From Escherichia phage EC106, in sequence record ON210138.1: a stretch of 64,000 nucleotides of DNA. One strand, 5' to 3'. Position 1 is the stretch's first letter. Every line of letters starts with the position of its first letter. The notes beneath the pieces were generated by a model, which saw only the letters and a list, made by a program, of their open reading frames with translations, was not told the origin of the DNA and did no database searches. Positions 9,607-19,694 of this stretch are shown here, one piece after another. Position numbers and translations under genes: made by a program.

Positions 9607-11748
9607 ATGGAAAACGTAGATTTTAAAAACTTACATTTGGTTGGTGATACAGAAACTGATGGTTTACTCCTTGAGTTCACTAAAGTGCACGTAATGGCCT
9701 TTGCAGACTATAAATCTGACGATGAAGAGCCACCTGTATGGGTCTTTACAGATGAGCCTATCCTCGGTCACAAGTACACCAAGTACATTAAGGGTGGTTT
9801 ACGTGAAGGTGTTGAGTTTGCGTTAAAGGCAAAACGACTTTGCATCCATAACGGTCTTGGTTATGACTGGTGGGTTTTTAATCACATTGCACCTGATTTA
9901 TGGAACTTTGATAATCCAAAGTGTAAGCCGTGGAGTAATTTCTTTCAGGATTCTCTTATCCAGTCTCGTGTTCAGTGGATGGATAGACCAACTCCAAAGG
10001 GTTATAAAGGTGCTCATGGCTTGGCTGCATGGGGTGCTCGTGTTGGTGTTCGTAAGCCAGAGATTGAGCATTGGGGTGTGTGGAATGCAGAAATCTTCAC
10101 TCGTGTTGTAGAAGATATTCGTATTAACGCCAAAACTAAACGGGCACTTGATAACGAGTATCTCAAGCTTAAGAAGTGTGGTATAGACACTTATGAAACC
10201 TACATGCGAGCTAAAGAAACATCTTTCTGGATGAGTCAACAGGCTATCAATGGTTGGAAAGCTGATAAAGAACTTATGGAGTTCCATGTAAAGGAACTTG
10301 ACAAGTTGACTAATGAGCTTGCTTCAGAGGTTGAACCACATCTACCTCCAACTATTAAGACCAAAGGTAAAGTCACTGGAGAAGAGTTTGCGAAAGCTTG
10401 GAATGAGTATGTTGAAACATTTGGTCATGCAGATGGACTGAAGAGAATTACCAAGTACCCTAAGACAAAGTATCGTCAGCAGGTACGTAATGGTGAGATG
10501 CAGACATACGAAATCAAACCATTTGGTAAGCCAACTACAAAGATTTTTAACATTGGAAAGAGAAATTGCTATACACCAACTAACTCCGTAACTGGTGAAG
10601 AGTACAAGGAAGGCTTTGTAGCAATGAAGGATGCTCGTGCAATTTGCAATGAGTTGAACGCAAAGATTGGTAAGAAATGCAAAGACTGGAAGCCAGTAAA
10701 AACAGTCAAAACTGTGAAGTACTATAACAGCCACGTTGTTAACCACTTTGAACTTGAGTCAAGTCGCTACACAGGTTTGATTGATGCACCATATACACCA
10801 ATTGAGTTTGAAGTTTCTCGTATGACTCAGGTAGCAGTTGTTAAAGATTACTTGAAATCAGTTGGTTGGATTCCAGATGACTGGAATTACAAGAAAGACT
10901 CAGATGGTCGCCCTGTCAAAGTTTGTCGTTTCAAAGACAATAAAAAGATGATTACAAAGCATCCTAAGTGGCAGGAAATGGTTGAGCGGTGTGGTTTGAG
11001 CTATGTTGAGCATGAAGGTGTACAGTACATTGAGCATAACTGGTCTGTGAAGAAGTACACAGATTTGCTTGAGCCTTGTTTAATCCGTACTTCACCAAAA
11101 CTTACTGAATCATCTTACGATACGATTGAAGGTGAACTTGGACAGAAGATTGCGAAGTACTATACTTTGATGCACCGACGCAGAACTATTGAGAACTCAA
11201 AGGACGACGAAAAAGGCTGGTTGAACCAGATTCGTCCAGATGGTCGCCTTAGTGCTGGTGCAATGGTGTTTGGTACTTCAACTGGACGTATGACGCAATA
11301 TGGTATTGTAAACGTACCGTCTGGTGCTGCTGTCTATGGAGCACCTATGAGGGAGGTGTGGATTTGTGAGGAAGGGACTAACGTTGTCTCTGTTGATATG
11401 AACTCAGCCCAGCTAGTTCTTCTTTGTAACTTTATGGGTGATAAAGAGTCCACTAAAGCGGTAACACAAGGTAAAGAAGAGGTTGAGTTCATTCGTCAAG
11501 AAGATGGACGCTATTACTGCAAACACTTTGATGAGTACCTCAACCCAGAGATTGATAAGTACCTTCGCTATGACTCTGAGAATGACCTGTACGTTGTCTA
11601 TTCAGGGACTGATGCACATACACTGAACAGTATCTACTTTAGCTTGAACGATGAGCAGGATATCTTGACTTGTCGAGCTACTCAGGATGAGAATCTTCTT
11701 CATGAGATTAGCAAAGGTCGTAAGAAAGCTAAGAATGGTATCTATGCG
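9607..11748 (+). CDS. DNA polymerase, family A, exon 1 (3'-5' exonuclease and most of polymerase domain)
   Basis: RBS GAGGGAG then ATG at 9607; Exo I motif VGDTETDGL; motif B start KAKNGIY near 11740; frame then runs into intron (in-frame stop at 11788). Exon end approximate (+/-15 nt). Confidence 0.8.
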
Positions 11749-12059
11749 TCAGTGGCGCATGTAAAACGTTGTGAATTGCTGGAAGCCTAAGTCTGTAAAG
11801 ATATGGTAATCAGCAGCGAAGTCTCTGTTAGGACTCCTAAAGCAAATAACATAACTATAGAGATTCCTAACAGAGAAACGTTCAGAGACTATCGAAAAGC
11901 ATACTTAATGTATGAACTGAGTAGAGTAGGGTGGTAAGCTAATGACCATTCCCAAGTGCAACGGTAGTATTACTACTACGTGATATAGTCCGACACTCCG
12001 TAGAAATGCGGAGAAGTTCATAAGAGAACTGGTACACCTTGCGAGTGTATTGACCAGAT
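11749..12059 (+). ncRNA. group I self-splicing intron (no internal ORF) interrupting the DNA polymerase gene
   Basis: Conserved group I core elements in order: P-like AATTGCTGGAAGCC (~11770), Q-like ATGGTAATCAGCAGCG (~11805), R GTTCAGAGACTA (11879-11890), S GATATAGTCCGAC (~11985); polymerase motif B is split across the interruption. Boundaries approximate. Confidence 0.75.
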
Positions 12060-12617
12060 GTATTGTTCGGTGCAGGTGATGAGAAGTTTGCTAAGACGAT
12101 TAAAGCTGCAACTACTCAGGAAGGTGCGCTGACTAAACAGACTTACTTTATACGTTTGCCTAAAATTAAGAAGCTGTTAGATGACTTGGAAGCTGACTAC
12201 AAAGCAACTAAAAAGGCACTTGAAGAGGTGTTTGGTAAGACTGCTGCAATCTCTAAAGGGGGTTTTGTAAAGGTTGCTGGAGCTTGGTTGTGGTGTAAAT
12301 CTCCACATAAGTTATTGAATTATTTGCTCATGGGTTCGGAAAGTCAGATTCAGAACGAGGCAATTAACCTTGCTTGCCGTCGTATGATTGACGAAGGTTT
12401 GATGAAGTTGAACGGTCGTAAACCAGCCATAGGTGCTCGTTTATTGTGCTCCTATCACGACGAGACAAGTTGGGAATGTCCAGAAAGTATGACGGCAGAG
12501 GTGAAGGCTGTCACTGATTGGTATTACGGACAAGCCTCTAAGAACTTAGGGCTAAAGAGTGAAACACTGGTAACTGGTACTGGTAAGGTTGGTAAAAGCT
12601 GGTATGAGGTACATTGA
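12060..12617 (+). CDS. DNA polymerase, family A, exon 2 (motif B end and motif C)
   Basis: Frame opens at 12054; LFGAGDEKFAKTI completes motif B (T7: YGAGDEKIG) and SYHDE is motif C; exon start approximate. Confidence 0.8.
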   Translation, partial: VLFGAGDEKFAKTIKAATTQEGALTKQTYFIRLPKIKKLLDDLEADYKATKKALEEVFGKTAAISKGGFVKVAGAWLWCKSPHKLLNYLLMGSESQIQNEAINLACRRMIDEGLMKLNGRKPAIGARLLCSYHDETSWECPESMTAEVKAVTDWYYGQASKNLGLKSETLVTGTGKVGKSWYEVH

Positions 12618-13129
12618 TGCGAGATTGTGGATTCACACATGAACAGTTAAAGTCTTGGTTAAACTATGACCCCGAAACAGGGGTCTTAACGTGGATTGGC
12701 AGACCTCCACATAGTAGTAGGGTGGTTATTGGGAGCCAAGCCGGAGCAATCAAGCGCACAAGGTCTGGTGTGTATATGCACACACAGATTTTAGGATACA
12801 GGACAGGCAATCACCGAATTGCTTGGTTCTGGATGACAGGTAAGTGGCCTGATAAACACATTGACCATAAAGATGGAGATGGTTTGAATAACGCTTGGGA
12901 CAATCTAAGAGAGGCCACAAAAGAGCAGAACATGTCCAATAGGAGACAACCTAGAACATCAAAAAACTTAAAAGGTACAAGTAGAAGCAAGTCTGGTAAG
13001 TGGATAGCCCAGATTAACCATAATGGCAAGACTATACATATAGGGACATACACAACAGAAGAAGAAGCCCATAAAGCTTACTGTGAAGCTGCTATTAAAC
13101 TCCACGGAGAGTTTGCAAAACTAAGTTGA
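12617..13129 (+). CDS. HNH homing endonuclease with AP2-type DNA-binding domain
   Basis: HNH core GNHRIAWFW...IDHKDGDGLNNAWDNLREATKEQN, C-terminal AP2-like KWIAQINHNGKTIHIGTYTTEEEAHKAY; starts at the stop of polymerase exon 2. Confidence 0.75.
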   Translation: MRDCGFTHEQLKSWLNYDPETGVLTWIGRPPHSSRVVIGSQAGAIKRTRSGVYMHTQILGYRTGNHRIAWFWMTGKWPDKHIDHKDGDGLNNAWDNLREATKEQNMSNRRQPRTSKNLKGTSRSKSGKWIAQINHNGKTIHIGTYTTEEEAHKAYCEAAIKLHGEFAKLS

Positions 13130-13180
13130 CAAGGTGCTCAGGGAAGAGTACCTTATACTATATCTTGTATAGGAGGGCTT

Positions 13181-13390
13181 ATGAGCCACCGTGGAAGAAC
13201 CCATGCAGCGATGATGAAAGGTGCTTCAAAGGAAACTATCAAGAACCGTAAGCAGAAGTTGTTTGAGAGAATGAACAGGCTAATTGACAATTCATCTCTT
13301 TCAGGTTCTGAGAAGGTTTTCTTGAAAGGTAATCTGAAAAGCATTGCACAAGAACTTATTGACATTGAGTATTGGAGACATCAAAAATGA
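13181..13390 (+). CDS. hypothetical protein
   Basis: 69 aa ORF. Confidence 0.4.
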   Translation: MSHRGRTHAAMMKGASKETIKNRKQKLFERMNRLIDNSSLSGSEKVFLKGNLKSIAQELIDIEYWRHQK

Positions 13391-13599
13391 CACTTGCAGA
13401 CGTTATTCAGCAACTTCACGACAATTGCTATACTCCAGAGTTGATTCAGGAGATGTCCATTGTAGTGATGCCTAGTAAGTTCGTAAGAGCTTTTAATGGT
13501 GACTCTTTAAGGGCTGCACATATCCTTATTGTTGACGGCAAGATTGCAAGAGACCGTACAGGAGTCCTTAAGGGCGAACGTATTAATATTGACCTCTGA
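13372..13599 (+). CDS. hypothetical protein
   Basis: 75 aa ORF. Confidence 0.4.
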   Translation: METSKMTLADVIQQLHDNCYTPELIQEMSIVVMPSKFVRAFNGDSLRAAHILIVDGKIARDRTGVLKGERINIDL

Positions 13600-13615
13600 G
13601 TATTGGTATACCAAA

Positions 13616-13771
13616 ATGAAACGCAAAGTAAAATTATTCAGTTTGTATGGAAGAGTCGGTAAAGGTTTTGATTGGCAACTGCTACGTTCAGATGTTAAAA
13701 GCAACGAGTTAGCACAGCTTATTATAAACTATCGACGAACGTACAGAGAGGTAGAGCATCGTGAACAGTAA
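13616..13771 (+). CDS. hypothetical protein (start trimmed to internal ATG)
   Basis: Track ORF 13529-13771 overlaps the upstream gene; ATG at 13616 (MKRKVKLF...) avoids overlap. Confidence 0.35.
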   Translation: MKRKVKLFSLYGRVGKGFDWQLLRSDVKSNELAQLIINYRRTYREVEHREQ

Positions 13772-14015
13772 AATTGAAAAGTCTGATGAAGTTATCAGAA
13801 GCAAAGATAAAGCTACAGCATTAGTAGCTGAAGCTTGGAGCAGGGGCTTGGACTACGAATGGTATCTTAGTATATGCCAAGGGCTATCAGTTTCCCCTGT
13901 ACAAAAAGAGATTTTTGATAAACTCTACGCAGTTTGTCAAGAGGGATACAATGAAGCCATGCTTCAAAACTGCATGAGTTTAATCAACCCAAAAGCATCT
14001 GATTTATTCTTTTGA
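13761..14015 (+). CDS. hypothetical protein
   Basis: 84 aa ORF. Confidence 0.4.
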   Translation: MNSKIEKSDEVIRSKDKATALVAEAWSRGLDYEWYLSICQGLSVSPVQKEIFDKLYAVCQEGYNEAMLQNCMSLINPKASDLFF

Positions 14016-14024
14016 GGAAACACT

Positions 14025-14231
14025 ATGCAAGTTTTAGTAAACTATATCTACCGTTACGATGTTATTCATTCTACTACAACGGTATCTCAACGTAATCCAA
14101 TTGTACCAAGAGAAGGTGAGTGGGTTCGTATTGAAGGTTGGACTTACACTGTAGAGAACATCATTCACAAGTTTGATGTGGCTGGTGATGTTCAGGTTAT
14201 TGCTGTAGAAATTGGTGGTAAGAGAAAATGA
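14025..14231 (+). CDS. hypothetical protein
   Basis: 68 aa ORF. Confidence 0.4.
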   Translation: MQVLVNYIYRYDVIHSTTTVSQRNPIVPREGEWVRIEGWTYTVENIIHKFDVAGDVQVIAVEIGGKRK

Positions 14232-14413
14232 AAACAGAACCTGTAAGAACTGAAGACGGAAACATTGAGACGTTCATAATCACAGTAGCTGGTGGTGAGT
14301 TCTCTTGCAAATGTGGGTGTAATTGCTTTCATAAACCTGACAACACAAAATTAGGTTTATATGAATGTAATAGCTGCGGTGCAAGATTCTTAGATAAGAG
14401 CAAGGAGATGTGA
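14228..14413 (+). CDS. zinc-ribbon protein
   Basis: 61 aa with CKCGCNC...CNSC cysteine pairs. Confidence 0.45.
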   Translation: MKTEPVRTEDGNIETFIITVAGGEFSCKCGCNCFHKPDNTKLGLYECNSCGARFLDKSKEM

Positions 14414-15513
14414 TGACAATTCTGTACAAACAAAATAAAGACGGTTCCTTCAACATCTGGTCATGCGGTGCTATAGGTAACAAAGTTATTACAACCTATG
14501 GTAAAGAAAACGGAAAGATGATGTTTGAAGAGTATACAGCAGAACCTAAAAACATCGGTAAAAAGAATGAGCGTAATGCTGAACAGCAAGCTCTCTTTGA
14601 AGTTGCTGCTAAGTATAAAAAGCAAGTTGACCGCAAAGGTTATGCTTACACAAAAGAGTCTGCACAGAATACTGAGAAGGTAGGTGTACAGCTTGCTCAT
14701 GATGCTGCAAAGGTTAGTCATGCAAAGTATCTGAAATTTCCTGCTGATGCTCAACCGAAACTGGATGGTGTTCGTTGTAGAATTTCAAGAGATGATGATT
14801 CAGTTAGTTTCACAGCCTATTCTCGTGAGAATACTGTTTACAACGTTCCAACAGAACTAATCCCAGATTTGCTTTTGTTGCTTAAATTACATCCACAAGT
14901 TGAAGACTTTGATGGAGAGATTTATGCTCATGGTTGGGACTTAGAAGATATTGTATCTATGATTAAGAATGCTGACAATCCAGACCGTCACCTTCTTAAG
15001 TTCTACTGGTATGATATCTGCGACAATTCAAAAACTTGGCCTGAGCGTCGTGAAGTTATTGATAACTCACCCATTGTTGAGCTTGGTGATACCTGTAGAG
15101 TGGTTCCTGTACAGACTATCCGTGTAAATTCTTGGGAAGAGTTTGATGAAGCCCATGATAAGTGGGTTGAAGCTAAGTTTGAAGGTGCAATGTACCGTTC
15201 AATCTCTGAAGACTCCTTCTACGAGTGTTGTCACCGTTCATACTTCTTGATTAAGCACAAGAAGATGCACACTGAAGAGTTTAAAGTGACTGGTGTAAAG
15301 ACCGATAAGCGTGGTCATGGTAAGTTCGTTGTAGAGACTCTTCCTAACGTCTTTGTAGATGTCTCATGGAAGACTACACACGAGAAGAAACAGTATCTTG
15401 CTGAACATCCTGAAGAGTTTATCGGGAAGCCTTTAACGGTTCAGTTCCAGAAGATGACTCGTAAGGGTTCTTTACAGTTCCCTGTTGGGCTAGTTATTAG
15501 GGATTACGAATAA
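14410..15513 (+). CDS. ATP-dependent DNA ligase
   Basis: 367 aa; adenylation motif I KLDGVR in PADAQPKLDGVRCRI; size and context match T7-type ligases. Confidence 0.75.
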   Translation: MMTILYKQNKDGSFNIWSCGAIGNKVITTYGKENGKMMFEEYTAEPKNIGKKNERNAEQQALFEVAAKYKKQVDRKGYAYTKESAQNTEKVGVQLAHDAAKVSHAKYLKFPADAQPKLDGVRCRISRDDDSVSFTAYSRENTVYNVPTELIPDLLLLLKLHPQVEDFDGEIYAHGWDLEDIVSMIKNADNPDRHLLKFYWYDICDNSKTWPERREVIDNSPIVELGDTCRVVPVQTIRVNSWEEFDEAHDKWVEAKFEGAMYRSISEDSFYECCHRSYFLIKHKKMHTEEFKVTGVKTDKRGHGKFVVETLPNVFVDVSWKTTHEKKQYLAEHPEEFIGKPLTVQFQKMTRKGSLQFPVGLVIRDYE

Positions 15514-15723
15514 AAAGTTGTTGACATAGAAAATTTGGTGAGTATGCTGAGCAGCATAAACCAACGGGTACTCACCAGCATCACTTAAGAGTCTTCTAAG
15601 AGGGTTTTAAGTAATGTATTACACGGTAAGGTGATGTGAAGTCTGGTCTGGCATGGTGTAGTCTGGTATGGAAGGGTGGCAGTAGCCTTATAAAAAATCT
15701 GCCAAATAAGCTATAAAATCTGT

Positions 15724-15758
15724 TGACAAGTCAGGTGTTATAGCTTATTTTTATACTC
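15724..15758 (+). promoter_or_regulatory. sigma70-like promoter (TTGACA, 17 bp spacer, TATTTT)
   Basis: TTGACA at 15724-15729 and TATTTT at 15747-15752, upstream of the gene at 15796. Confidence 0.45.
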
Positions 15759-15795
15759 AATGTAATACAAAATTTAATATAACTTTGAGGTCATT

Positions 15796-16179
15796 ATGAA
15801 AAAGATTTTATTAGCTGCTGCAATGGTTATGGCAATGAATTTACCAGTCAATGCAACAGAACTTCCAAATGTGGACTTATCAGGTGTTCCAGAAGACACT
15901 TGCCAGATTGTAAAAGGTGTTGCTCTAGCTAAAGGTGAGCTACTTAAACCAATCTCTGAAGAATCTTTAACAGAGATGACTGATAAGGTAACTGACTATC
16001 AATATCGTGTTCTTGCAGAGTATTTCCTGCAATCTGCAAACATTAAAGAGAAACACCATGATGATATTGATGTACAGGCGATGCTCAACCACCGTATCCA
16101 GTTTAAAGAAGATTTGATGCAAAAAGCTATGTATGGTGTTGAGTATTTCTTAGAAAACAGAAGCTGCACAGGTATTTGA
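15796..16179 (+). CDS. secreted/periplasmic protein with signal peptide
   Basis: 127 aa; N-terminus MKKILLAAAMVMAMNLPVNA is a classic signal peptide. Confidence 0.55.
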   Translation: MKKILLAAAMVMAMNLPVNATELPNVDLSGVPEDTCQIVKGVALAKGELLKPISEESLTEMTDKVTDYQYRVLAEYFLQSANIKEKHHDDIDVQAMLNHRIQFKEDLMQKAMYGVEYFLENRSCTGI

Positions 16180-16180
16180 T

Positions 16181-16393
16181 ATGGCTCTTAAAAAGTTACA
16201 TCCCAGAAGCGGTTATGGTAAGATAATTGATGATACAGACGGCTTTACAGTCTTTACAGTTATCTGTCAAGATGATTCACAGATTGAAAAGGCTCTTGAT
16301 GATTATCTTAATGATGAACGTGAAAAGGTTAGGGCTACAAACATAGATTCATTGATTGACACTTCACGCAAACGGAAGAAGAAAGATGAATGA
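16181..16393 (+). CDS. hypothetical protein
   Basis: 70 aa ORF. Confidence 0.4.
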   Translation: MALKKLHPRSGYGKIIDDTDGFTVFTVICQDDSQIEKALDDYLNDEREKVRATNIDSLIDTSRKRKKKDE

Positions 16394-16685
16394 GGTTTTT
16401 GACCCTTATGCCCCACAAGATGATTGGGAGGCTGATAGAGAGGCTGAAATGGAGAGTTATATTTGTCCAATGGATGTAGACGAAATGAGAGACTTCGTTG
16501 CACATCGTTTTAAGAGAGAGATTAAATCCAGAGGTCTTTCTCAAGAGCAAGTCGCTAAAATTTGTGGTATCTCTCAAGCTCGTGTATCCAACATAATCCA
16601 CCTCACTGGGAATGTCTCTCTTGAGTATATGTTGGAAGTATGTGAAAAATTTGGTGTTAATTTTAATTTAAGGTTGGCAGACTAA
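16356..16685 (+). CDS. helix-turn-helix DNA-binding protein
   Basis: 109 aa; LSQEQVAKICGISQARVSNII is an HTH signature. Confidence 0.5.
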   Translation: MTLHANGRRKMNEVFDPYAPQDDWEADREAEMESYICPMDVDEMRDFVAHRFKREIKSRGLSQEQVAKICGISQARVSNIIHLTGNVSLEYMLEVCEKFGVNFNLRLAD

Positions 16686-16686
16686 T

Positions 16687-17046
16687 ATGAAACGTGAAAA
16701 CATTATCCACTCTGAAAATTTCGCATTAGGCTTTTATGGTGTACCTACTCACCTTGAAAAGTATTATGGTGTAAAGATTCTTTCCAATCTCATTATGGCT
16801 TACAAAGATGGTAAGATTAAGCATACTGAGAAGAAACGTGTCATGGGCTACATGGCTGTAGGTTCAGCAATCTCAAACATCAAGCTGGAAACCACTAGTA
16901 GCCAGATTGTGAAAGACCACTTCATCAAAGAGCTTTACCAGAATCTTGATGGTGTAGATGTTCAGGCTGTTTGGTTGGATGTTGATGGTCACAACTACAC
17001 AAGTTTTGTTTTCAAAAACGATGACATTAAGTGTCTGTTCCCATAA
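16687..17046 (+). CDS. hypothetical protein
   Basis: 119 aa ORF. Confidence 0.45.
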   Translation: MKRENIIHSENFALGFYGVPTHLEKYYGVKILSNLIMAYKDGKIKHTEKKRVMGYMAVGSAISNIKLETTSSQIVKDHFIKELYQNLDGVDVQAVWLDVDGHNYTSFVFKNDDIKCLFP

Positions 17047-17059
17047 TAGGTGATTAACT

Positions 17060-17575
17060 ATGATTGATGTCTACTTACAAGATGCTCATGCAGATTTCCT
17101 TAAAGAGATGCTTAAAAAGTTTATGGCTTCGCAGTATGAGAATGAAGCATCTTTTAAAATAGTTACATGTGGCGATGAAGCTGGTTTTGTTGAGATTGAG
17201 CATGAAGGTACTGGAAAGACTGTTTGTAAGCTACCTGATAGTATGTTCTCTAGCACATTCTTAACAAAGACTAGTATAAATGTTAAGCTTGTGCCTCAGA
17301 TTGAAACATACTCTGGTACAGATTATCCTAAAGGTTTTAAGTCACTGATGAAGTACTTCTTAGATGACTTTGTGAGTAATCTTCTGAGGGAGGTAAAAGA
17401 AAGTCGTACAGTGTTGACTGTAGAGAACATGGGAGGGACTATCAGGGTTACTTCTGACTATTTTGTTATGAGCCTCTTCGACTTCGTTCCTAAGAACTTT
17501 GATGGTATTCTGGATGAAGAAGATGACTGTGTAGACTTTATATTGGTTCTTGAGCCAGTTTTTGAGGTTAAGTAA
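17060..17575 (+). CDS. hypothetical protein
   Basis: 171 aa ORF. Confidence 0.45.
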   Translation: MIDVYLQDAHADFLKEMLKKFMASQYENEASFKIVTCGDEAGFVEIEHEGTGKTVCKLPDSMFSSTFLTKTSINVKLVPQIETYSGTDYPKGFKSLMKYFLDDFVSNLLREVKESRTVLTVENMGGTIRVTSDYFVMSLFDFVPKNFDGILDEEDDCVDFILVLEPVFEVK

Positions 17576-17836
17576 ATGAAAATTGAACACTGTTATGAGT
17601 CTGATGGAACACCTATCCGATGCCCACATTGTGGGTGTACAGACTTACAAGGTGAGGTAAGTGAAATAGTCAACGGTCATATCGCTGAAGAGAGTACAAG
17701 GTGTACAGGATGTAATGAAATCATTGCTTTCTGGGCTTATGGTTCATACCAACCCACACCACACTTAATCTACCATAGCAATAAAGCTGTGAAGAATGTT
17801 ATCAACTGGTTTATTAAGAAAGGATTTACAAAATGA
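17576..17836 (+). CDS. zinc-finger protein
   Basis: 86 aa; CPHCGC...CTGCNE motif. Confidence 0.45.
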   Translation: MKIEHCYESDGTPIRCPHCGCTDLQGEVSEIVNGHIAEESTRCTGCNEIIAFWAYGSYQPTPHLIYHSNKAVKNVINWFIKKGFTK

Positions 17837-18378
17837 TTAAATTAATCTTCGCAAGTGGTGAAAATGGGGAGTTTGGTACTCCAACTGGTATGCCGTGGCC
17901 TCGACATAAACATGATATGCAAGAGTTTAAGAGACTTACTAAAGGTAACTTAGTAGTCATGGGTAATGAAACTTTTAAGACTCTGGGTAGTAAACCATTA
18001 CCAGAACGTACAAACCTCATCTTAACAAATTCTGTACCATACTTAGGCATAGACTTTGACAAAGACGATGTAATGTATGCTAAAGCTAGTAAAGAGTCTT
18101 TTGGAGCATTTTTGAAGTATCTTGATAGCTCTATTGATGAAGATGTCTTTGTAATTGGTGGTGCAGGTGTTCTTGTCAATGCTTTGCCGTATGCTGGTGT
18201 AGTTTTCCATACAGTTTTCCATAAAGTTACTGAAGAGGCCACTGTGTATTTACCTTTTGAAAACTTCTTTGAGAAGCTGTATGATAACCGTGTATTTACA
18301 AAGGTACAGTCAAAACCATCAGAGGATGGTAAAGCAACCTTTGAAATTTATGTTCCACAAGTAAAAGGACACTTTTGA
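17833..18378 (+). CDS. folA: dihydrofolate reductase
   Basis: 181 aa; IFASGENGEFGTPTGMPWPRHKHDMQEFKRLTKGNLVVMGNETFKTLGSKPLPERTNLILT matches DHFR signature; adjacent to thymidylate synthase. Confidence 0.8.
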   Translation: MIKLIFASGENGEFGTPTGMPWPRHKHDMQEFKRLTKGNLVVMGNETFKTLGSKPLPERTNLILTNSVPYLGIDFDKDDVMYAKASKESFGAFLKYLDSSIDEDVFVIGGAGVLVNALPYAGVVFHTVFHKVTEEATVYLPFENFFEKLYDNRVFTKVQSKPSEDGKATFEIYVPQVKGHF

Positions 18379-18379
18379 T

Positions 18380-19279
18380 ATGTCACAAGCAGATACAAGT
18401 TACAAAAATATCCTGAACCATGTTTTATCCGTTGGTGAACTGCGTACTACACGAACTGGAGATGTTATCTCTGCATTTGCTCCACCACAGTTTCGTTTTG
18501 ATATGAGAACTGGTTTCCCACTCTTAACATCTAAACAGGTGTTTACACGGCAAGTTATTGGGGAAGCTCTATGGTTCCTGAATGGTGAGAATAAACTTGG
18601 CGAACTCCGTTACCGTACTTGGGGTGAAAATGATGGGGAACGCTGGACTATCTGGTCAGATGATTTTAAACGCTGGTTAAGCTCTAACTATTCTTCTGAA
18701 CAAGACTGGTTAGAAGATGCAGGTGGGAGAATCTACGGAGTTCAGTGGAGAAACTTTGAAGGTCATAATGGTTGTGTTGTAGACCAGTTAGAGGCCTTAG
18801 TAACGAAGATGAAGGGTGATATTACAGACCGCTACATGCTTGTTAATGCTTGGAATGCAGCAGATATTGCAGCTAACTCGATGGCTTTAGCACCTTGCCA
18901 TGTACTGTTTCAGATTTATATCACTAATGAGGGTGAAGTTGACTTGCAATGGTATCAGCGTTCTGTAGACACCTTTTTAGGACTTCCATTTAACATTGCG
19001 TCTTACGGCTTCATCTTAGAAGTTCTTTGTAAGATGACTGGATACACTCCACGGTACTTGATAGGTGTCTTTGGAGATACTCAGATTTATCAGAACCATA
19101 TGAAACAGGTTTATGAACTGATGAACAATGAAGAGTTCCATGCACCTACTTTTGAGATTGGTGTGCAGCTTAACACTCTAAGTGACCTTAAACATCTTAC
19201 TGCAAGTGATTTTATTGGTGGCATTAACAACTACCAACATGCAGGGAAGATTGAAGCACCTTTATCAGTAGGCAAGTAA
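18380..19279 (+). CDS. thyA: thymidylate synthase
   Basis: 299 aa; catalytic-cysteine region LAPCHVLFQIY and typical TS length. Confidence 0.8.
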   Translation: MSQADTSYKNILNHVLSVGELRTTRTGDVISAFAPPQFRFDMRTGFPLLTSKQVFTRQVIGEALWFLNGENKLGELRYRTWGENDGERWTIWSDDFKRWLSSNYSSEQDWLEDAGGRIYGVQWRNFEGHNGCVVDQLEALVTKMKGDITDRYMLVNAWNAADIAANSMALAPCHVLFQIYITNEGEVDLQWYQRSVDTFLGLPFNIASYGFILEVLCKMTGYTPRYLIGVFGDTQIYQNHMKQVYELMNNEEFHAPTFEIGVQLNTLSDLKHLTASDFIGGINNYQHAGKIEAPLSVGK

Positions 19280-19282
19280 AAC

Positions 19283-19322
19283 AAAAAAAAAAAAAGGCTC
19301 CCGTAAAAAGGAGCCTTAAACT
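19283..19322. terminator. bidirectional rho-independent terminator between convergent genes
   Basis: A13 run, then hairpin GGCTCCCGTAAAAAGGAGCC, then T-rich tract; lies between the thymidylate synthase stop and the stop of the minus-strand gene at 19323. Confidence 0.6.
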
Positions 19323-19694
19323 TTATTTTTCAGTATTCTTTGTGTTCTTTTCAGTAATAGCTTGGAGGGCTGATACTGATTGAGCCAGATTGTTCACACT
19401 GTCAGAGAATTTATCAAGAGTTTTGGTAAGTTTTGCATTCTCACCCTTAACATTCTCTAACTGGACTTTCTGGTTCTCCATCCCTAACTGAAGCATTCTC
19501 ATGTCAGACTGTAAGTCACGAATAGCTGAATAGTTACTTTTGGAATAATTATCTAGCTGCTGTAACTTTGTTGTGACAGACACTTCTTGCTTACCACTTG
19601 AAACTTGTATCGTGGTATACATCCCAATAACACTAAAAATACCAACAACAATTGCACCAATATTGTTTTTAAAAGCTTCCTCTAGCCACTTCAT
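19323..19694 (-). CDS. putative i-spanin (Rz-like): N-terminal TM segment plus coiled-coil
   Basis: 123 aa; hydrophobic IGAIVVGIFSVIGMYTTI followed by long heptad-like charged region. Confidence 0.4.
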   Translation of the reverse strand: MKWLEEAFKNNIGAIVVGIFSVIGMYTTIQVSSGKQEVSVTTKLQQLDNYSKSNYSAIRDLQSDMRMLQLGMENQKVQLENVKGENAKLTKTLDKFSDSVNNLAQSVSALQAITEKNTKNTEK

